Shown here: positions 56,308 through 64,000 of the stretch, in pieces
How positions within the stretch are numbered: position 1 is the stretch's first letter
Layout of the letters: each line of letters starts with the position of its first letter
IMG/VR virus record: IMGVR_UViG_3300005663_000033
Coordinates: 49,444 to 113,443 of that record
Length of the DNA: 64,000 nt
Direction: 5' to 3' (one strand)
Origin: a virus
Notes under the pieces: model-generated
The model's database searches: none
What the model saw: the letters and a program-made list of their open reading frames with translations, nothing else
What the model was told of the DNA's origin: nothing
Translations under genes and position numbers: made by a program

Positions 56308-57141
56308 ATGTCAGATGAAAGTAAAATGTGTTTCATGACCGTGGCAAATAAGCCGTATCAGAAATATGTACCATGGTTTCTGTATTTTTTGAATCGGGCA
56401 TATCCAGAAGCCCACAAGTTGATTCTTTTAGATGAAGAAATAACAGATGGTATTAAACCAATGATCTCTTTGTTGTCTGGCAACTTTGAAATCCGTGAAT
56501 GTGCTTTTCCTGAATACTCAACAACTGACGCTAATACGATCAAATGTCTTAGATGGCTTATATTTGAGCCCGCATTTTTACAATATGATTGTATGTCTAT
56601 AGGGGATGTGGATATGGCAATTCTTTTTGAATCGCCTTCGTATATGGACCAGCATTTAACTCATTGTAACCAACTTAAAATTCCATACAGTAATTGTATT
56701 CGTCCAAAAGGAAGTGGACCACGACGAATGTCTGGTATACATGTGATTAAACCAAAGGAATGGTTTGAAGTAATGAAACCAATAATTGAGAAATACAGAC
56801 CAATGCTTCTTGCTAGACAAATTCATCTTCTAAAACACGGATTTAACGAACAACTTTTACTTAAGATGATCATAGAATCTGATCTTGGTAAACCACCATT
56901 AAATCTGTCAAAGGCTTATTGGTCTTCGCTGGTAACATCTCATCACCATGGTGTACATATCCCATTAGCAGAGTGCCGGGGAATGAAAGGATTACAAATG
57001 TCTAAAGGTTATCGTTGTCGTAAAGAAGGAGTGTTAGCAGCTATTGACACACCACTTTTTAGACAATTATCATCACTATCTCCGCATATTGGCGGAATAT
57101 TTCAGGCGATAGCCAAAGAATACAGAAAAAATTCTTTTTAA
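56308..57141 (+). CDS. putative GT-A glycosyltransferase
   Basis: CLRW...IGDVDM DxD motif; island context. Confidence 0.55.
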   Translation: MSDESKMCFMTVANKPYQKYVPWFLYFLNRAYPEAHKLILLDEEITDGIKPMISLLSGNFEIRECAFPEYSTTDANTIKCLRWLIFEPAFLQYDCMSIGDVDMAILFESPSYMDQHLTHCNQLKIPYSNCIRPKGSGPRRMSGIHVIKPKEWFEVMKPIIEKYRPMLLARQIHLLKHGFNEQLLLKMIIESDLGKPPLNLSKAYWSSLVTSHHHGVHIPLAECRGMKGLQMSKGYRCRKEGVLAAIDTPLFRQLSSLSPHIGGIFQAIAKEYRKNSF

Positions 57142-57159
57142 AACAAAAGGATAATTAAA

Positions 57160-57891
57160 ATGACTAATGAAACAATCGGATTGTATTATGTTGCACTTGG
57201 TACTCAATATGATTACCAATGTGCTCATTCGGTAGCTTTGGTAAGAAGGTATAGTAAAATTCAGGTTAGAGTTATTACCGACTTGACGCAAGACCAAAGA
57301 TGTGATAAATGGGATGATCTGACGAATGTGTCATTTACAAATGTAGAAGTCAATCGTAATAAAAATCGATATTACAAAATTCGACCAGATTTATTCTCTC
57401 CATTTGATATTACATTATTCTGCGACACAGATACTGCTGTTCAATCAGCGGAATTTTTAGGTGGGTTTATAACAGCACAGAACTATGATGTAATGTTCTC
57501 AGTCTATGAGCGAATCGAAAGGGATAGACATAGATTACCTATGCCATGGTTATACGGCAAGTTTATGAAGCCTGAAGATTATCCAGCAACGATTTACAAA
57601 GAAGGTGTTTTCTTTTTTCGTAAAACAAAAAATACCATAAAGCTATTCAAAACATGGGAGCATTACTGGAGATTACTTGGTTGTGGACGAGATATGCCAG
57701 CACTGTTTCCTGCAACAACAATGGCCAAGAACTTAAATCTTGGTATCTTGCCTCCAGGGTGGGATAATAGAAATGGGCACATCATCGTGCACGCATTTGG
57801 TAATTACAAGGTAGATGGTTTGCCGATAATTACCAAGTATAAACCAGATGATATGAATCAAGGGAAATGGTCCGAACAAAAGAAGGGGTAA
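57160..57891 (+). CDS. putative GT-A (GT8/GT77-like) glycosyltransferase
   Basis: SPFDITLFCDTD, GVFFF, RDMPAL, LPPGWD, IVH. Confidence 0.7.
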   Translation: MTNETIGLYYVALGTQYDYQCAHSVALVRRYSKIQVRVITDLTQDQRCDKWDDLTNVSFTNVEVNRNKNRYYKIRPDLFSPFDITLFCDTDTAVQSAEFLGGFITAQNYDVMFSVYERIERDRHRLPMPWLYGKFMKPEDYPATIYKEGVFFFRKTKNTIKLFKTWEHYWRLLGCGRDMPALFPATTMAKNLNLGILPPGWDNRNGHIIVHAFGNYKVDGLPIITKYKPDDMNQGKWSEQKKG

Positions 57892-57898
57892 CTGAGCT

Positions 57899-58498
57899 AT
57901 GGTAAAGTCGCGGTACATCGTAAAAAATGACAAAACAGTTAGTTCTGTTGGGAAACATAGTCTACCAATAAAATCTAGGTGGAGTCGTCCGTATGAGTAT
58001 GAGTTTGCTATGAGGTGGGCTAAGCCTGGACTTCGTATGGTAGATGCGGCCTCTGGTGGTGGAACACACCCACTCTGTCATCATCTAGCAGATGTAGCAC
58101 CTGGATTGGTTACTGCTGTCGATCAAGCTGAGTGGTCAACTGGGGAAGTAACGAGTGGGCTTACATATCATCAAGTTTCAATGACAAACATGCCAATAGT
58201 AGATGGTTCAATAGATATAGTATTCAGCATTTCAGTCATAGAACATTGCACCAGCGAAGTAATCAGAAGTTTTTTTGCTGAGGCAGCAAGAATTCTAAAA
58301 ACAGGAGGGTTGTTCATTCTGACACAGAACACTGGTATAATATACCCAGGAAAAACACCGTCTTGGTCAGCACGAGAACTCAATAGGGCTGGATTTGCTT
58401 ACAACCAATTAACAACAAGTGACGACGTTCCAGACGGCGCAATTACAGAATTCCAACCACCAAGATGGTGTTACCGCTGGGCGTGTGAGAAACTTTAG
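57899..58498 (+). CDS. class I SAM-dependent methyltransferase
   Basis: VDAASGG, DIVFSISVIEH, RILKTGG. Confidence 0.82.
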   Translation: MVKSRYIVKNDKTVSSVGKHSLPIKSRWSRPYEYEFAMRWAKPGLRMVDAASGGGTHPLCHHLADVAPGLVTAVDQAEWSTGEVTSGLTYHQVSMTNMPIVDGSIDIVFSISVIEHCTSEVIRSFFAEAARILKTGGLFILTQNTGIIYPGKTPSWSARELNRAGFAYNQLTTSDDVPDGAITEFQPPRWCYRWACEKL

Positions 58499-58506
58499 AA
58501 ATATAG

Positions 58507-59073
58507 ATGATGGCCAAAAGAAACGACAATACACTAGACTGGTGGAACAAAAGATATTCCATTGCCGATGTTCATAAAATATGGTCTTCCAAGAAGCGCC
58601 TACAATTTTACGATATGATCGCTACTGCGATACCGAGAATATCGGCAACAATTCTAGATGTTGGTAGTGGATTCGGCTTTGGACCAGCACATCTAATGAA
58701 TATTTATAGCGGTTGGGATATTGAAGGTTTAGATTTTAGCACAAAAGCATGTGCCGAAGCTGTAATACAAACATATTGTGTCAATATAATTACGGATAAT
58801 ATTCCTGATAAATATGATTATATTATCTCAGCAGAGACAATGGAACATTTTAGCGATCCAATGACTGTTTTGGCTAAGATGTACAAAGCGGCTACGAAAG
58901 CTGTAATACTGACCGTTCCTTATATGGGAGGGATTAGTGAAATACATATCACCTCTTTTGATATACACACTTTTAATAAATATTCGAATGTACAGGTTAC
59001 ACTATCTGATAATAAGCACTTTATGCTTGTAGTAATTCCAAAACTTTTCGAAACAAGCGATAGTGAAACATGA
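58507..59073 (+). CDS. class I SAM-dependent methyltransferase
   Basis: ILDVGSGFG, GLDFS, YDYIISAETMEH, LTVP. Confidence 0.82.
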   Translation: MMAKRNDNTLDWWNKRYSIADVHKIWSSKKRLQFYDMIATAIPRISATILDVGSGFGFGPAHLMNIYSGWDIEGLDFSTKACAEAVIQTYCVNIITDNIPDKYDYIISAETMEHFSDPMTVLAKMYKAATKAVILTVPYMGGISEIHITSFDIHTFNKYSNVQVTLSDNKHFMLVVIPKLFETSDSET

Positions 59074-59768
59074 GCAATCGGCAAAAAGATACCGAAATGA
59101 ATGAACATACTAAAATACAACTTCAACTAGACAGATGTAATCGTTATTTGTTTTTTTCGAAAGGAATTTTACCACCAGAACCAATTTTTGTTGATATTGG
59201 ATCAAGAACTGGTATTCACGCAATAGCTCTTTATAAAAAGTTCAATAGTAAAATTATTGTTTATGAGGCGAATGAAGAAAATTATCATCTTCTAAATCAA
59301 GCAGTATCTGGATTAAAAATTATTACTCATCAGTTAGCAGTAACGGGTCGGGATGGTGAAATTGATTTTTTTGAATTCCCAGGAGGATGTTCTAATAGTA
59401 TTTACCCAAGACACATACAAGATATAGGATCATCCAGGGCGAATATGAGATTGATACAAAGAGTTAAAGTTAAATCAACCAGCATAGAATCTATCATAAA
59501 GGCGAACAACATTCCTCGCATAGATGTGCTTTTTTGTAACTGTGAAGGTGCGGAACTTGGCATAATAGATGAGATTGTGAATAAGCTCAGTTTACGAAAC
59601 AAAATAAAGCAACTTTGTATTTCTTTTCATGGAGGAAAAATTTATCCACAAAAACAAACAACCGATGCTATAAAAAGAATGTCTGAGTTTTTTTTAATGA
59701 CTACAGAAACAGGCGATTTTTCCTGTCATCTTTTTATTAACAGAAATTCGGTATCTTTCACCCATTAG
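59070..59768 (+). CDS. FkbM-family methyltransferase
   Basis: FVDIGSRTG, YEAN, IDVLFCNCEGAE, QLCISFH. Confidence 0.8.
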   Translation: MSNRQKDTEMNEHTKIQLQLDRCNRYLFFSKGILPPEPIFVDIGSRTGIHAIALYKKFNSKIIVYEANEENYHLLNQAVSGLKIITHQLAVTGRDGEIDFFEFPGGCSNSIYPRHIQDIGSSRANMRLIQRVKVKSTSIESIIKANNIPRIDVLFCNCEGAELGIIDEIVNKLSLRNKIKQLCISFHGGKIYPQKQTTDAIKRMSEFFLMTTETGDFSCHLFINRNSVSFTH

Positions 59769-59791
59769 TTTTTGTATATAAAAATTTCTGA

Positions 59792-59829
59792 TTTTGTGAA
59801 ACAATAAATAGACTTGAAGGTATAATAAG
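59792..59829 (+). promoter_or_regulatory. conserved phage promoter motif, copy 5
   Basis: TTTTGTGAAACAA-N16-TATAAT-AAG; ATG follows 5 nt after the -10 hexamer. Confidence 0.75.
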
Positions 59830-59831
59830 AT

Positions 59832-61781
59832 ATGATCACATTCGCAAAATGCAAGTGCAAGGTCGAAAAGGGTAGATTTAGTATTAATGATATCCATCTA
59901 GATTGTCCTGCTGTATGGCAGCTAATTGCTAGTGGCCATACGGTTGGTGTCTTTCAGCTTGAGAAGAATCTTGGCCAAGATTGGTCCAAAAGGGTTAGAC
60001 CAGATAGCCTAGAAGAGCTTGCTGCGCTTACTGCTTTACTTCGTCCAGGACCACTTGAATCAAATATGACGCAAGATTATGTGGACATCAAATTCGGACG
60101 CAAAAAACAATCATATCTACATCCGGCTTTGAAACCAATTCTTGAACCTACATTCGGATGCCTTGTCTACCAAGAACAGGCTATTCGTATTGCTACTGAC
60201 ATTGCTGGACTCAGTCCTGAAAGTGCAGACGAACTCAGAAAAGCGATTGGTAAGAAAAAGCCGGAACTCATGGCCAAAGTTAAGAGCAAATTTGTCAAAG
60301 GCGCTATAGAATATGGTAAGATCGGCCAGGATGTGGCTGAAGAAATATTCGGATGGATTGAAAAATGTCAGAGATACTCATTTAACAAAAGCCACGCAGT
60401 AAGTTATGGTATGATTGCATATCAAACTGCATGGTTAAAGTGCCACTTTCCACACGAGTTCTTTGCAAGTTATCTGACCTATTCCCAATATAAAGGCGAT
60501 CCAAAGGAAGAAATTTACAAACTGGTACAGGATTCTAGATTGTTTGGGGTTGATATTCTGCCTCCAGACATTCGACGTGGCAATATTCATTTTCGGATGA
60601 CTCAAAAACCACAAAAAAGTATAGCGTTTGGTCTGGCGCACGTTAGGGGTGTTGGAGCATCAGCCATCCAGAAAATCGTCGCAGCGGGCCTTAAAACATC
60701 AGGAATGGACCCCCTAGATGAGGCCGTGATGAATCACGGCGGCAGTGCATCTTGTGCCGCAAAAACATCGACTGTTGAATCTATTTCAGATGAAGCAACA
60801 GCAACACCATCCTGTCTCAAAACTTGGGCAGATTTTTTAGCAGCGGTTCCAAGCTTTCACAGAAATGTCGGCATTGCCCTAATTAAATCCGGCGCTTGTG
60901 ATTGCTATAATATGGGACGCAGCGAAATGGTACGAGAACTTGAAGTAGTACTTGGAACTGCGGTTCGTGATTCGACTGGCAAAAAGGTCGAAATCAAAGG
61001 ATTAACAAGTAAAGAGAGGATCTATTTTTTCGATCATCTACAACAGAGTGAGATGACTACTCAGGAAATTTTAAGACAGATGGCTCAACCTCCGGGGGAT
61101 AAGACAAAAACTATTGGACAAATGACCAAAGGGGAGTTGGTGTTCGCAGCAAAGGCATATCTAGATCAAGCTGATGCAGCTTTCGACGGCATAATCGATG
61201 GGGATGGAAAATTTGTTTACACATCCACAGAAGAGAAAGAAGCTTGGCTTGAAAACATAGGTAGTCGCACTAAGAAAAAAATAGAAGAACTAATGTTGCA
61301 GAATGGTTATAAGGATGTAGTGGTCAAACCTCCGTGTTCTAGTGACGCCAGACGCAGAATAATTGCAGCCAAAGCGGAGATGCTTGAAGGATCGCTTAGT
61401 GACACGAATACGGCTAAAGCTACCGCAGAGAAACATTTTTTGGGTATCGCGTTATCTTGTTCTCAGGCTGATGATGCAGATGATACTCTTGCTACTCATA
61501 CGTGTTTGGACGTAGCCAAAGCACCTAATAAAGAAGATATTGTAGTTTGTGCAATTATAGATAGCGTCAAACACACAAAAACCAAGAGAGGAAAAAATCC
61601 AGGTCAGCCAATGTGTTTTTTAACTATATCAGATTCTACATATTCGATAGATCACGCCGTTGTGTTTCCAGATGCGTTTGGTAAATTAAAAGCATTTTGT
61701 AAAGATGATCTGATTTGTTTGGTTTATGGACAAAAGCAAAAGGGTAGCTTTATAATAAAAGATATTCAAAAATTGATGTGA
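59832..61781 (+). CDS. dnaE: DNA polymerase III alpha, C-terminal part (fingers, HhH, OB fold)
   Basis: GVFQLE, ALLRPGP, LVYQEQ, ADELRKAIGKK, YSFNKSHA, LPPDI, GLAHVRGVG, EKHFLG, MCFLTISD. Confidence 0.92.
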   Translation: MITFAKCKCKVEKGRFSINDIHLDCPAVWQLIASGHTVGVFQLEKNLGQDWSKRVRPDSLEELAALTALLRPGPLESNMTQDYVDIKFGRKKQSYLHPALKPILEPTFGCLVYQEQAIRIATDIAGLSPESADELRKAIGKKKPELMAKVKSKFVKGAIEYGKIGQDVAEEIFGWIEKCQRYSFNKSHAVSYGMIAYQTAWLKCHFPHEFFASYLTYSQYKGDPKEEIYKLVQDSRLFGVDILPPDIRRGNIHFRMTQKPQKSIAFGLAHVRGVGASAIQKIVAAGLKTSGMDPLDEAVMNHGGSASCAAKTSTVESISDEATATPSCLKTWADFLAAVPSFHRNVGIALIKSGACDCYNMGRSEMVRELEVVLGTAVRDSTGKKVEIKGLTSKERIYFFDHLQQSEMTTQEILRQMAQPPGDKTKTIGQMTKGELVFAAKAYLDQADAAFDGIIDGDGKFVYTSTEEKEAWLENIGSRTKKKIEELMLQNGYKDVVVKPPCSSDARRRIIAAKAEMLEGSLSDTNTAKATAEKHFLGIALSCSQADDADDTLATHTCLDVAKAPNKEDIVVCAIIDSVKHTKTKRGKNPGQPMCFLTISDSTYSIDHAVVFPDAFGKLKAFCKDDLICLVYGQKQKGSFIIKDIQKLM

Positions 61782-61782
61782 T

Positions 61783-61821
61783 TTTTGTGAAACAAAAATT
61801 CGAGTTGGACGTATAATAAGG
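61783..61821 (+). promoter_or_regulatory. conserved phage promoter motif, copy 6
   Basis: TTTTGTGAAACAA-N16-TATAAT-AAGG. Confidence 0.8.
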
Positions 61822-61870
61822 TAACCACATCGTGTGGTTTCCGTGGGAACAAAGGGAAAGGTGAATTGAA

Positions 61871-62287
61871 ATGGCAGAACTAGGTGTATTCGGTGTTGGT
61901 GTGGCTACGGCAGATTCGGAGCTTAGAACAGTTGGCGAAGATCAGAAGGTGTGTACCGTTAATCTAGCCTTCAATCGAAGTTACAGAAAAAGAGGCGAGG
62001 ATAAGTGGCAACAAGAGCCATGTTTTGTAAGGGTTACTGTTTGGGGTAATCGTGCCGAACGGATGGTTGAACTGGTAAAGAAGGGACAGCCCGTTTATGT
62101 CGTTGGTTACTTAAAGCAGGAAACATGGGAAAAGGATGGCCAAAAGAGAGTTGCATATTCAATTAATGCCCGTGATTTTCAATTATGTGAAAAGCTCGGT
62201 AAAAAGAATAGCGAGCCACAAGCGGTGGGTGCAACAACTGCTCCAGCGGAATCACCAGTTAATGACGACAGTGACATTCCATTTTGA
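61871..62287 (+). CDS. ssb: single-stranded DNA-binding protein
   Basis: OB-fold motifs (VTVWG..AE...KG..V.V.G.L...W) and acidic tail DDSDIPF. Confidence 0.92.
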   Translation: MAELGVFGVGVATADSELRTVGEDQKVCTVNLAFNRSYRKRGEDKWQQEPCFVRVTVWGNRAERMVELVKKGQPVYVVGYLKQETWEKDGQKRVAYSINARDFQLCEKLGKKNSEPQAVGATTAPAESPVNDDSDIPF

Positions 62288-62304
62288 GGGAGGGGATGTT
62301 ATGA

Positions 62305-62901
62305 ATGAAACGTAAGCTGTCTTTAGATGAGTTCATTGTTCTTTTAGCACGGAAAATAGATATTCTTTATTCGAATAATTGCGCAGATGAAGAAGATTAT
62401 ATCCAGGCTGGACATCTAAAATTGGCCGAGATTAGCGGTAACAGACGTAAACAACGAGATTTTAGGGGATATGCCATTATTGCGATTGCTCGTGCGATGA
62501 GAAAAGCAGCCTTAGATGCGACTGGTGCAGCGTCTGCGACAGGAAGAGTTAAAAGAAAAGCTCATAGCACAGAATTACTCTTAGCGGCTAGCAAGACAGA
62601 AAATGAAATATGTCGTGAGTTGAAGATAAGCGCAATGGCACTAGCTGATTTAAAATCGTTGATCAATACTGAATCTTGGCATAGGTTATTTGACGAACCA
62701 GCGAATCCAACCGAACCGTTTTCGTTAATGGATGACCTTTTGTCGTCTAGCCACCTAACAGAAGAAGATAAAACTCTTTTGCAAGCACAATTCGATAGTG
62801 ATATAGATAGCCTAAGATTAACTCGGAGACAAAGATGGCTACAATTCAAAAATATCCGACACAAATTGACTAGGAGTGGTTATGGTCCAGAAACCAGTTA
62901 A
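62305..62901 (+). CDS. divergent sigma-factor-like protein
   Basis: EEDYIQAGHLKL...FRGYA..AI..AMR (region 2-like); EICRELKI HTH-like. Confidence 0.6.
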   Translation: MKRKLSLDEFIVLLARKIDILYSNNCADEEDYIQAGHLKLAEISGNRRKQRDFRGYAIIAIARAMRKAALDATGAASATGRVKRKAHSTELLLAASKTENEICRELKISAMALADLKSLINTESWHRLFDEPANPTEPFSLMDDLLSSSHLTEEDKTLLQAQFDSDIDSLRLTRRQRWLQFKNIRHKLTRSGYGPETS

Positions 62902-63424
62902 GGGAGAATCTTGGAGAGATGTTGTGGGGTATGAAGGACTGTATCTGGTGTCTAATTATGGTAGGATCAAGAGCTTGCCAAGGAAAACCACGAGTGGTAA
63001 AGTATTGAAGCAAATGAAACAAAAAAGTGGACATATATTTTTTGGTCTATCTATGAATGGTAACGAAAAACATCACAATATAGCGAAATTGATGATGCAA
63101 GCTTTTGTTGGACCATGTCCCGCAGATATGGAATGTTGTCATAACGATGGTAATCCTGGAAACAACAACATATCCAATTTGAGATATGATACCCACAAAA
63201 ACAACATGGCAGACAGAAAAAAACACGGAACATTTGTTCCACCTCCAATCAATTTTGGTTCTAATAATGGTAATTCTAAATTAAGTTCAATAGACATTAA
63301 AAAAATCAAAGAATTACTTATAGATAACGTTAAAATAAGAATAGTAGCAGCATTGTTTAAAGTCCATATTACCACAATTTACAAAATTCGTAATAAAAAA
63401 ACATGGAGACATGTTTGTGGATAA
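62882..63424 (+). CDS. NUMOD4-HNH homing endonuclease
   Basis: ESWRDVVGYEGLYLVSNYGRIKS; CCHNDGNPGNNNISNLRYDTHKNN; C-terminal HTH. Confidence 0.88.
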   Translation: MVQKPVKGESWRDVVGYEGLYLVSNYGRIKSLPRKTTSGKVLKQMKQKSGHIFFGLSMNGNEKHHNIAKLMMQAFVGPCPADMECCHNDGNPGNNNISNLRYDTHKNNMADRKKHGTFVPPPINFGSNNGNSKLSSIDIKKIKELLIDNVKIRIVAALFKVHITTIYKIRNKKTWRHVCG

Positions 63425-64000
63425 AAGAAGAATATTGTTTATCGGAGAAGCGTCTTTTCTGGCGACCGGGTTTAGCACGTACTGGCACGAAGTTCTAAAA
63501 AGACTGCATAAGACCGGTGAGTTCGAGATTGCAGAACTTGGTTCTTATGGCCACGATGATGATCCGCGATGTAAACAAGTACCGTGGAAATTCTATCCAG
63601 TTGCTCCTGCTAAAAGCAATGCTGCCGCAATGGCCATTTATGATCCACGCGTAAATCCAACTCATCAATTTGGAGAAGGGAGATTTAACGATGTATGTTT
63701 AGACTTCAAACCAGATATTGTTTGTGGAATCCGCGATTGGTGGATGGATGAATTTGTGTTGCGATCTCCATTGCGCCATAATTTCAAGTTCATATGGATG
63801 CCGACTATCGATGGTGAACCGCAAAGAGAATTGTGGTTGGATTCATATCGTCAGGCCGACCGTATCCTTACCTATTCCGAATATGGATTTAATTTACTCA
63901 AGAAAACAGGAAGACGTGGCACTGACCTTGTTACCGTAGCATCTCCCGGTGCTGATTTGGAAATATTCAAACCTCCAGAAAGCAAGAGGGACCATAAAGC
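63417..64000 (+). CDS. GT-B (GT4-like) glycosyltransferase, truncated by window end (not in ORF track)
   Basis: GGAG SD then GTG; DKRRILFIGEASFLATGFSTY...FKPDIV...RDWWM...SPGADLEIFKP; open to the end. Confidence 0.75.
   Translation, partial: MDKRRILFIGEASFLATGFSTYWHEVLKRLHKTGEFEIAELGSYGHDDDPRCKQVPWKFYPVAPAKSNAAAMAIYDPRVNPTHQFGEGRFNDVCLDFKPDIVCGIRDWWMDEFVLRSPLRHNFKFIWMPTIDGEPQRELWLDSYRQADRILTYSEYGFNLLKKTGRRGTDLVTVASPGADLEIFKPPESKRDHK

Noticed and set aside
54760-59900. Split intein or group I intron joining the dnaE halves
   Set aside because: No intein N- or C-terminal motifs at the break; the gap holds seven ordinary enzyme genes and the C-half has its own promoter.
61823-61839. Hairpin AACCACA-TCG-TGTGGTT in the ssb leader as an autoregulatory element
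   Set aside because: A single 7-bp stem is too little evidence without conservation data.
63718-63939. 73-aa ORF in the track
   Set aside because: It lies out of frame inside the glycosyltransferase that starts at 63417 and runs off the window.
1-64000. CRISPR array or Cas operon suggested by two Cas4-like nucleases (40295, 51565)
   Set aside because: No repeat-spacer array and no cas1/cas2 seen; stand-alone PD-(D/E)XK nucleases are common in phage replication blocks.
1-64000. Alternative genetic code (stop-codon reassignment)
   Set aside because: Conserved genes are full length in code 11 and all three stops end genes. The two broken ORFs are frame changes, not in-frame stops.

Overview
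The window is a densely packed segment of a large dsDNA phage (or phage-like) genome. Almost every gene is on the + strand, and the standard bacterial code reads through cleanly. No virion structural genes are recognisable. Left part (1-30 kb): two tRNA genes and many small hypothetical genes. It also holds an apparently complete ubiquitin-like conjugation operon (Ubl, E2-like with a Cys-rich tail, JAB peptidase, E1/ThiF) and a dispersed Ycf46-type AAA+/DUF3150/DUF1257/DUF2997 module. Other genes here encode a putative histone-fold protein, an orphan BrxL-like ATPase, peptide deformylase, FeoA, a radical SAM enzyme and a GMP reductase/IMPDH. Right part (30-64 kb): nucleotide metabolism and replication genes (thyX, nrdJ, dCMP deaminase, DUF5664, recA, dnaB, dnaG, ssb, RNase H), a Xer-type recombinase, ClpP, two sigma-like proteins, an intein-containing metallophosphoesterase and four HNH endonucleases. 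DnaE is split into two genes, without inteins, around a 7-gene glycosyl/methyltransferase island. A fixed-spacing promoter motif (TTGT-N3-ACAA, 16 nt, then TATAAT) occurs six times. All family calls come from motif recognition by eye; no database searches were run.
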